DNA of 64,000 bases from Ptychomitrium polyphyllum. Its lineage: Eukaryota. A model generated the notes under the pieces. The model saw only the letters and a list, made by a program, of their open reading frames with translations. It searched no databases and was not told the origin of the DNA. The stretch lies in NCBI GenBank assembly GCA_973851085.1, contig OZ316776.1, positions 8,122,001 through 8,186,000 of the forward strand. The letters are read 5' to 3'. Numbering within the stretch: the stretch's first letter is position 1; the number at the start of each line of letters is the position of its first letter. Positions 14,297 through 24,336 of this stretch are shown here, piece after piece. A program made the translations under genes and the position numbers.

Positions 14297-16005
14297 AACT
14301 TTTGGAAGACATAGGTGGAGTAAGAGTTAGCAAGTGTTTGCAAGAGTATAGAAGAGGAGGACAATCCTAATTTACTTAGAACTTTGTAGTTGTTGTTTTT
14401 TCCTTCTTAGTTTATTTTGTATTGAACCCCGATTTTTTTTCCTTTTTTTTTAGTTTTTTTTTAGTTTTCATTTCCTATTTCTAATTTTGTCTGAGTTGGT
14501 TTTTTTTTTCTCTTGTGGTTTAAACCTAGAAGTTTCAACTAAAGGGGAAAAAGAAAAAGAACTAAAACCAAAGAACAAAAGATTTGGATTGTGTTTTTTT
14601 ACGTTGTAGAGATGGTGAGATAAGAGCTTGATAAAGGAAAATAGAGGCTGATGTGGTGGTTTGACCACTGCCTTCTTCTTCTCTCTTGGCCTCTCCCACT
14701 TGAATAAGTAGGCAATCCTTCTTCTAGTAATATGGCATTGTAAATGTTTTTAATTGAGTTGATTTTTGTTAAATTTTTTTTCTTTTCTTGTAAGCTATTT
14801 AAAAAGCCATCACACGCTCCATCTAAAATTAGTATGTGACCGTAACATTAGTTTGAATAAAGTTGGATCAGCTCGTTTGAGTTTTTAAGAGTAAGCTACT
14901 TTAAATGCTTGTAACTTTTTGTAAAAATGAATTTTGATAATGAAATTTGTAAAATGGCATTCTAACTATTTTAAAATAATGGTGTAGAAATTTGAAGAAT
15001 AATAGATTTTTAAAATAGGAATTATAAAGAAAAATGCAACCGAGATTTGAAGGTAGTATACAGAAGAGTTTGGAGTTACATGTTTTGAACCATTGGAGAT
15101 GATTGGTGAGGCTTTTAAGGTTGATATTTTGGTGAAGTGTTTATTAAAAGATAGATAATATGTGAATAAATTTTGAAGTCTAGGTTTGTTGTAGAAAAAT
15201 GAAGTAAAATGGATCCAAGAGCTATGGCAGAAAGAGTGAGACTTTTGAAGACATGGTTCTTGACAACCATTTGGATTACAATTAAGAGATTTTGAAAGTT
15301 GCACTTAGATAGTCTTGTGCTTATGTTATTAAAATCTTAAGAGCACAAGACCTTTGAGTCTAAAGATATAAGAGAAAATATAATTTGGGTTTAAAAGTAA
15401 GAAAAAATAGAATTATTGATAAAAACTCAGGTTCTTTGTAGATGGAAGAAATAAAAGTTGGGAAGTAGAAATTAAAGATGCAGAAATAGCTAATAAAGAA
15501 TTAGAAGTTATGGTTTCCATTATAAAATAAAAGTTATAAAAACCTTGCACTTGATGAACTAGATGCAAAAAGATCCAACGCTTAATATAGCAATCATTTT
15601 CACTACAACAACGCATTCAAAATTTTGAGGCTTTGTAAACCAAATTCAAGTTGTTACCTTGCTCCAGCCTTGACAATATCCTACAAACGCTTCATGCGTT
15701 GGTTTAATTGGAACATTGCTCTCAAGACAAGCATTGTCTTGGTTTGCACCACTTTTTAAGAAGAAGTCTTCCATACTTAATAATTTTGATGCGTTCCTAG
15801 CTGCGTTTGAAGAAGCATTTGGTAACCATAACAAGTTCTATTTTGCAACCACTAAGATTTGCGTCTTATGCCAAAAGCCACGTTTGATGTCAATTTATGC
15901 ACCAAAATTTTGACAACTTACATGCAACATCAATTGAGGAAAAGAAGTGTTAATGAGTCAATTTCATTGGAGCATACATGACGAGATTAAAGATTTGTTG
16001 TTATC

Positions 16006-16573
16006 TGTTACCGGACTATTGAGTATTACACACAATACTATTGGACTTCTCTACCAATCTTCCTTTATTAATACTACCAAACATCTTCTAGTGGTAATTA
16101 CCAGCTGTTAGTAATAATCTGTTAATTTAGACAAACAGATGTAAATCCACTTTTATAGGATCTTGAATCTAGTACTTAAATCCTCAACCAAGATAGTTGA
16201 AGGTGTGTTGTATTTGGTTCTTTTTATGAAAGAAGTAATACACTCCATTCTTTGATTCATTTATTAGTTTTATTCTTGAGTATATGATTATATGCAGGTT
16301 TTTCTATTCTAGCAATTTCTATAGTAGTTTACAGTTTTTTCCTTAATACTACCATGTCTCCTCCATTTGGTAGTATCAACTATAAATTTATATAGATTAT
16401 TTTTCTTAGATCTAGATTCTTTAGTAAAGAACTATTGAGCCTCAATATACTCAATAGTTATTAATCATAATATTGGTGTAGCTGATCTTTTTTAGATATG
16501 GATTTCCAATAAGAAACTACAAAGTTATCGATTACTTCATAGTTACTGACCTTAATTGTTACAAACCGTACCA
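16006..16573. mobile_element. Solo LTR (568 bp) inserted in gag
   Basis: TG..CA termini (TGTTACCGG...CCGTACCA) flanked by a perfect 5-bp TSD TTATC (16001-16005, 16574-16578); gag reads through when it is removed (DLLLSMPDP). Confidence 0.85.
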
Positions 16574-16594
16574 TTATCTATGCCAGATCCCAGA

Positions 16595-17238
16595 TGTCAC
16601 GGACATAAATCATGCAACATAGTCTTTAGAACATTCTAGAACCTTCTAGTATACTATAACAGCTTCTTAGAATACTTTTAGATGTCTCCATAGTTTTTTT
16701 ATGTTTTTAAGAAGCTTCCTACGAAAGTTCCTCCATCTTAGGAAACTTCCTGGGAAGGTTCTATCATCTTAGGTTATTTTCTAGGAAACTTCCTAGGAAG
16801 GTTCCATCACCTTAGGAAACTTCCTAGGAAGGTTCTACCTCTTTAGGAAACTTCCTAAGAAAGTTCCACTACCTTAGGAAACTTCCAAGGACGGTTCCAA
16901 CACCTTGGAAGCTTCCAAAGAAGGTTCCAATTCCTTGAAAGCTTCTTAGGAAGGTTCCAACATCTTAGGAAACTTCTTGGGAAGGTTCCTCAAACTTCCA
17001 GAACATTCTTAAGCCTTGTAGGAAGCTTCTTTAGTAGTATCTTAGGAGATACAAACGTTCTAGTATAAATAAGAGGCAAGACAAGGTATTCCTTAGTTTT
17101 GCTAATACAAGTTGTGGATCATCTTGAATCCTGCCTTGTTATAGTCTTTGTATCAAGTTCTTGTTAATCATTAGCTCTTTGGAAGCTAATTCTTGGGAAA
17201 CACTTCGTTTTCGTTTCTTGTTTCTTGTGTCCCTAACA
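16595..17238 (+). mobile_element. Solo LTR (644 bp), RLG1-like moss gypsy family, with internal ~31-bp tandem repeats
   Basis: TGTCACGGAC...CCCTAACA with a perfect TSD CCAGA (16590-16594, 17239-17243). Internal repeats contain the palindrome CTTCCTAGGAAG. Homologous to 23177-23797. Family name is from recall. Confidence 0.9.
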
Positions 17239-20200
17239 CCAGACACCTAATGAGATCATCAGTCAAGCTTTGAGGTGCGACAATTGTCTGTTTCAACGTA
17301 GGTAAGATAAACAGCCTTTGATTATGCCGCGACCATATACCAACTTCTTAGTAGCTTCGGTCTCGTCCACCTTTAATAAGTATTTTGAAGCAAAAGCCAT
17401 GCAGATTAATGCGGTTCATTTTAAACCTCTTATTGAATATGAGGAGAAGCAACAAAGAGAACAAGGATTGTATTTGTATTGTGAAAAACTTGATCACAAG
17501 ATTGATAATTGTCTAGAGAAACTCCTATGTACATATCGGATAAGAAGTACAACTACAACATCAAATATTTTGTAGGAAAATGACAACGTCTAGCCACATT
17601 AAGGACCAAATGGTTGAATCTACTTCCTTCGCAAGGAAAAAAAAATCATATTCTATCACCTCACCTTTCTTCTTGTTTTATTATACCTCTTTGTTTAGGT
17701 GTTTGGAAATTCAAAACCTTGCTCCACTAAATTCAAGGGCCTTTGCTTGCTTTATTGACAAAGAGTTTTTGAAAACCCATAAGCTTTCTTTCATTTGAAA
17801 ACCCAAATCCGTCCATGTGGAGGTCACAGATGGTATACCTTTATTCTTTGGAGACGTTATTTATGAAATCAATCTATTAACAATAACATTCGACAACCAT
17901 AGTAGCCAAGTGGTATTTAATGTCATTAGGTCTCTATCAAGTTTTATCAGCCTAAGGCTTTCTTAGTTGAAAAAGTATAACCCACATATAAATTGGACAT
18001 TCCGTAAAACAGAATTTCCAATACTAAAACCTGTGGCTATCAAGCCTAGAGAGAAAGTTCATGCATTTGACAAGCCTAAGACCATAAAACCTTTTTTTTT
18101 GGAGCTAGAGCATTTATGAAGGCAACAAAAAAATGGTGTTTTTTCTCCTGTATATGCAACTCCGACGTCTACAGATGTAATTTCATCATCAACCATTCCA
18201 AAAAAATATAAGGAATTTCAAGATGTATTTGAAAAGGAGAATGCAAATATTTTATCATAACATTGTTCCTATGATTGTGCCATTGACCTCCAAGACAATG
18301 CCTAGCCACCATTTGGACCTATTTATGATTTATCTCAAAATGAGCTTTCGGCACTAAGAAAGTATATTGGGGAAAACTTAACTAAGAACTTCATTTGACA
18401 TTCAAAGCCTCCTGCTAGTACTTTGATATCTTTTGTAAAAAAAAAGATGAATCCTTACAAATGTGTGTCGATTACTACGGCTTCAATAAAGTAATGGTAA
18501 AGAACTCATATCCATTGCCATTGATATTTGGATTTCTTGATCAATTTGGCCAAACAAAGATCTATACCAAAATAGATCTAAAAGAGATTACAAATTGCTG
18601 CGCATCAAAGAAAGACACAAATGAAAGACAACATTTTATACAAGGCAAGGATATTTTATATACAATGTCATGCCTCTTGGAGTTAATAACGCACTTGCTA
18701 TTTTTCAGCACCTAATGAATGACATGATTTGGGAATACCTTGATGATTTTGTCGAATGTTACTTGCATGGTATCTTGAATAATTCAAAGAATCCTGAGGA
18801 ACATCAACCATACATCCACATAATCCAACAAAATGTACGAGATGCCAATTTATATGCCAAGTTGGAGAAATGTCTCTACCACAAGGTCAAGTGGAATTCC
18901 TTAGATATATCATCTTAAACAAAGGACTATTGATGGATCCAAAGAAAGTTGAAGCATTTAGCAATTGGACAAGACCAAAATTGGTACGTGATGTCCAATG
19001 CTTTCTCAGATTTGCAAACTTCTACAGGATCTTTATCAAAGACTATTCTCAAACAGCTGCACCACTCATGCAATTAACATGCAAGGAAAAGCTTGAATGG
19101 AAATCCAATGCCGAAGATGCATTTCAGAGTTTTAAGCAAGCTTTTACCATAGCTCCTATTCTAGACCATCTGGACTTTTTTAAGGCATTTTATATGGACA
19201 CAAATGCTCTTGACTTTGCATTAGGAGCAGTATTGTTGGAACCAAGAGGAGAAGGGAGACTCCATCCGGTTGCATTCCATTCTAGAAAAAAATTAGCTGC
19301 AGAAATCAATTACAAGATCCACAGCAAGGAGCTCCTTGCAATTGTGGATTCCTTCCAAGAATGTCACCACTTGTTTGAGGGTGCCACGCATCTAGTTATT
19401 GTATATATAGACCACAAGAACTTGGAATATTTCATGCTAGTCCGGGTTTTGAATCGCCGCTAAGGTCGTTGGAATATGTCCCTATCTTGATTTGATTTCC
19501 GCATCACATATCAATCTAAAAAACAGCAAGGGTTGCCAGTTGCTCTATCAAGGCGGTCATATCTTGTGCCAAAAGAGGGAGAGGCAGCACACAATCAACA
19601 ATAAACAACTATGTTGAAGCCCAAACGATTTTATGTACGTACAACCACCGTTTCAACTCCAGTGGATTCATCATTCCTTGACCAGGTTTGTGTGGCATTT
19701 ACAACTGACCTTCTTGTTCTTGATATCAAGCATCATTCTAACAACCTCTTTGAAGATGTTTCTAATTTCAAATTTAAAGACAACCTTCTATACTTTGAAG
19801 AATGTTTATATATTTCTAAAGGACCAGTTCGCCTTTATGTAGTTCAAACACGTTATGACTTTCCTGTAGCTGGACATTTTGGATTCAATAAGACTTTGGA
19901 ACTCCTCTCTCTCGACTTTTGGTGTCCTCATATGTGGAAGGTCGTTAAGGAGTTTGTACTCTCATGTAAAACCTGCTGTCGGTCAAAGAACCCTCAACAC
20001 CGTCCATACAAACTTCTCCAACCATTGCCTATTCCAAAGTTACCATGGTCGTTTTCTTTCCATAGATTACATCACAAATCTTCCACCGTAAAATTCTTTT
20101 GATACCATCTTTGTAGTGGTGGACCAGTTGACCAAGATGGCATATTTTGTACCTTCCAAGAAAGATAATTACAAGCAAAGAGACTAATACACTCTTTACG

Positions 20201-21661
20201 GATAATGTCTACCGCTACCATGGATTGTTCGACAACATTATATGGGATTGTGGGCCACAGTTTGTATCAAGATTTTAGAAGTCACTCTTTGAAATCTTTG
20301 AGGTAGACATAAAACTTTCTTCTAGCTTCCATCCTCATACCGATGGCCAAACAAAGCGAGTCAACAAAATCTTAAAGCAATATTTGAGGTGTACCATCAA
20401 CTATCAATAAGATGATTGAACTTCCTACTTAACATTGGCTAAGTTTGCCTACAACAATACTGCTCACGCTTCCATCCAACAAACGTTGTTCTACTCCAAC
20501 TATGGACATTATCCAAAGATGAATATGTTACAGCTTCCACGATTTGAGAATCTAGTAGCAGAGGAATTTGCCACAAGAATAGCAGAGCTTCAAGCAACTA
20601 TGAAGATACAACTAGAAGAAGGTTGAGAACAATACAAAATAGCAACAGATGCATCAAAGAAGGAACAACCTCCATTTCAAGTTGGTGAGAAGGTGTGGTT
20701 AGTTTGACGCATTATAAGAACCAACAGGTCATGTGATAAATTGAACTATTGCAGGTTGGAATCATTTGCAATTCAAAAATAAGTCAACCACGTGGCATAT
20801 TGTTTGGAACTACCAGCATTAATGAAAGTACATTTAGTCTTCCACGCTTTACTTTTGGAAGCCTATAAGAAATTAACTATCCATGGACAAAGGCAACTGC
20901 CACCACTTGTGGTCAAAATTAACGATCATCATGAGTTTGAAGTAGAAGAATTGCTTGATTCACAAATAAAATGTGGAAGTTTGAATACTTGGTCCATTGG
21001 CGCAAATATGACATCAATGAACATACATGGAAGCTAACTAACAATTTTGTCAATTTACCAATAAAAATTTGTGAGTTCCATCGACAACATCCATTCAAAC
21101 CAAAAGTAGCAACACGAAGAATAATGGCTCAGTAATGTTGCGTAACCTCGAAGGTTCTTGATGCTTGGACTTTTAAAGAGAGGAAGCAATTTCTAGACCA
21201 TAAGTTTCCAAAGCCCCATACATGATTTAAAATCTAGGTCTTTTTATTTTGAAATTAGTTTGGTATATTAGATATGGGTAGCCAAGATATAGACACCATG
21301 CCGGTGGTATCAACCCAATCAAGTGGCTTGCGTTGACAACCTCATGACAAAAAACAGATTGGACCTAGAAGGCATTGCAGGATATCTAACAATAGATCAT
21401 TGGTGATTGTTTTTGAAGTGGAGCCAGCTCACAAGGATTATCCAGAAGTAGTGTTTGAAGGATGTTTTCACAACAAAGATATGGAAATTCATGCTTGGTC
21501 CCAAGTAGAAGGCATTGGACACTATTGGTGGTTACAAAGATCCATGAACCATTTGAATTGTGAAAGGCAATTGGAGTATGTTGCAATCACCATGCGACAA
21601 ATTTTTGATTTCTTACGACTTTGAACACTTGTTGCAACATGCTTTTAGAAGACCTTGGAGC

Positions 21662-21676
21662 TAGAAGGAGAGGTGA
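21662..21676 (+). promoter_or_regulatory. Polypurine tract of the gypsy element
   Basis: TAGAAGGAGAGGTGA directly before the TG of the 3' LTR. Confidence 0.75.
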
Positions 21677-22052
21677 TGTTATAAACATACATATCAGAAG
21701 CATCTAGAAAAGTTAAGGAAGATTAAGGGAGCTTCCAAGGAAGTTACCTCGGTTTATGAAGCTTCTAAAGAAGGTACTTGGGCTTAAAAAGCTTCCAAAG
21801 AAGGAACTCGAGGTTGCTTGAGTACAAAGCAATATAGTAGAAGCTTCCAAGGCTTGTAGTCTTAGTAAATATAGGAGTCAAAGATGAAGAGATTTCAATC
21901 TTGACAACACATCTTTTGTCGTCTAGTTTAGACCTTTTGGCCCTGTCTTTGTATTTTGTTGTAGCTCTTTACTTCTAATATACCTTGGACGTACTTTGTT
22001 CCATATTTTTGGAATTTTGAAGTCTTATCTTTTTGTTACTTGGTCTGTAACA
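21677..22052 (+). repeat. 3' LTR of the gypsy element (376 bp)
   Basis: Starts TGTTATAAAC right after the PPT and ends GGTCTGTAACA. Confidence 0.78.
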
Positions 22053-22239
22053 TTCACAAGTTTTATAAGGATAGAATTTGTAATTAAGCTTTTAAATATT
22101 TATTAGGAACTTATTTTTAAGTTATATCAAGCGCAATATTGCCACAAAGATTGCGTTTATTTCTAGGAATGAATGATTGAAAAATTCGAGAATGATTTTT
22201 ATGTATGGTTTTTAAAAAATTGCAAAAATAAAGAAGCTA

Positions 22240-22960
22240 TTATAGAAGGCAGACTATTAAAGGCTTGGACCATTTGAGTTCATGAAGCAAATAAATCTTG
22301 TTAGTTTTTATTCTGATTTAAGCAACATTGATGCAAATCTAGCATGTGTTGTGTATTTTTCTTGAAATTTTAGAATGATTTTTTTATATGAAAGAGAGGT
22401 TGTCTTTTTCTTTGCCTAAGAGAAGTTGACAATAAAATGGAATATGAAAGTAAAAAGATTTTAGCTTTTGGATTTATGCATCTAGTAAAAGAACTTGGAA
22501 TGCTTCATTTGTTGCAAAGATATGACATCAATGTACATACATTGAATCCTTCAATCTATGTTATCAATGTTTTAAAGAATATAACCAATTTTCTTGAAAA
22601 ATATTTACAAAAATCAGGTCATTCATGGTATAGTATGAATATCAATAGTTGCTTAGCTGCACAAGAAATATTCATCATTAAAAACACAAGAAGAATATAA
22701 TAAAGAGGGAACTATATTCAACCATTGGTTTATGCATTTGTACTTCCACAATAGAGTACCTTTAGGAATCACCTTTCACATGCTAGTCTTTATTCAAGTT
22801 CACATTGTTGAAGGTTAAAAGAGTTAATTTTAATGGACCCAAGATTTTATTTGGAGGATGTTTTGAAGACTTTTATGAAGACCAAATTTTAAATGCAGAT
22901 GGCTTTATAGAAAAAAAATTGATTGATGGTCATTGGCGCTATTTAAAATAATCATAAGTA
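22240..22960 (+). mobile_element. Older, heavily decayed gypsy integrase C-terminus and 3' region relic
   Basis: 22249-22320 translates ADY*RLGPFEFMKQINLVSFYSDL, matching the GPY/F integrase C-terminal motif. 22835-22945 loosely resembles 21430-21530. Confidence 0.55.
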
Positions 22961-23072
22961 TTTGTAAATTAAACACATGAAATGAAGTATATTATTATTA
23001 TTTCTTAACAAATTCTTAAATTATTATAAAAGTAAAGAAGTAAAAAGCAATCTATATGAAGTATCCCATATT

Positions 23073-24336
23073 TATTACAAATATAAGAAACAAGAAGCAA
23101 AAACAAAGTGTTTTCTAAGAATTAGCTTCCAAAGAGCTAATAATTAAGAATAATTAATACAAAGACTATAATAAGGTGTCACGGACATAGATCATGCAAC
23201 ATAGTCTTTAGAACATTGTAGAACCTTTTAGTATATCATAATATCTTTTTAGAATACTTTTAAATGTCTCCATAGCCTTTCCATGTTCTTAGGAAGCTTC
23301 CTAGGAAAGTTCTTCTATCTTAGGAAATTTCGTAGAAAGGTTTTATCATCTTAGAAAACTTCCTATAAAAATTCCATCACCTTAGGAAATTTCCTAGGAA
23401 GGTCATACTTCTTTAGGAAACTTTCTAGGAAGATCATACCTCTTTAGAAAACTTCCTAAGAAGGTTCGGCTTCCTTAGGAAATTTCCAAGGAAGGTTCCA
23501 ATTCCTTGGAAGCCTCTTAGGAAGGTTCCAACATCCTGAGAAGGTTCCTTAGACTTCCAGAACATTCTTAAGCCTTGTAGGAAGCTTCTTTAGAAGTATC
23601 TTAGGAGATACAAATTTCATAGTATAAACAGGAGGCAAGATAAGGTATTCCTTAGTCTTGCCAATACAAGTTGTGGATCATCTTGAATCCTGCCTTGTTA
23701 TAGTCTTTGTATCAAGTTCTTGTTAATCATTAGCTCTTTGGAAGCTAATTCTTGGGAAGCACTTCGTTTCTACTTTTTGTTTCTTGTGTCCATAACACAA
23801 GGCTGCATACAATATGATTTACAAATTGTGTTGGCAAGATTATGGAATACCTTGTCTTGCCTCTTATTTATAGTATGACACTTGTATCTTTTAGGATACT
23901 TCTAAAGAAGCTTCTTACAAGGCTTAAGAATGTTCTAGAAGTCTTTGGAACCTTCCAAAGAAGTCTCTGGAACCTTCTAAAGAAGTTTCTCAAGATGTTG
24001 GAACCTTCCAAAGAAGTCTCTGGAACCTTCTAAAGAAGTTTCTCAAGATGTTGGAACCTTCTTAAGAAACTTTTAAGAAATTGGAGCCTTCCTTGGAAGT
24101 TTTCTAAGGTGGTGGAACCTTCTTAGAAAATTCCTAAAGAGGTAGAACTTTCCTAGGAAGTTTCTTGAGATGGTGGAACGTTTTTAGGAAGTTTTACGAG
24201 GGGTGGAACTTTTTTAGGAAATTTTCCAAGGATGTGGAAACAATTATGGAAGCATTGAAAGTTCTCTAAGAAGCTAATACACCAAAAGGTTTTAGAAGAT
24301 TCTTAAGATTATATTGCATAATCTATGTCCGTGATA
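23073..24336 (-). mobile_element. Older solo LTR of the RLG1-like family, reverse orientation, split by a younger LTR
   Basis: 23073-23176 and 23798-24336 are diverged reverse complements of the 16595-17238 LTR. Decayed termini; flanks ATATT/ACATC are compatible with a C-to-T decayed TSD. Confidence 0.8.
23177..23797 (+). mobile_element. Solo LTR (621 bp), RLG1-like, nested antiparallel in the older LTR
   Basis: TGTCACGGAC...CCATAACA; TSD TAAGG/CAAGG (4 of 5); collinear with 16595-17238. Confidence 0.88.

Larger units (their letters stand above)
15570..22052 (+). mobile_element. Decayed chromodomain-bearing Ty3/gypsy LTR retrotransposon (chromovirus, Tcn1-like), no 5' LTR found, gag interrupted by two solo LTRs
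   Basis: gag (QALSWFAPL..FEEAFG; knuckle-like CEKLDHKIDNC), protease relic (LNSRAFACFIDKEF), RT (MCVDY..NK, YPLPLI, MPLGVNNA), RNase H (ELLAIVDSF, IDHKNLEYF), integrase (GHFGFNKT..C..C, FAYNN), chromodomain (EFEVEELLDS). Many stops and frameshifts. Start coordinate approximate. Confidence 0.93.

Noticed and set aside
16730..16990. Regular ~31-bp palindromic repeats superficially like a CRISPR array
   Set aside because: No unique spacers and no cas genes; they are internal tandem repeats of an LTR and recur in the other LTR copies.
23842..24033. 63-aa ORF with LKKLL/EPSKEV repeats
   Set aside because: Translation of LTR tandem repeats, not a gene.
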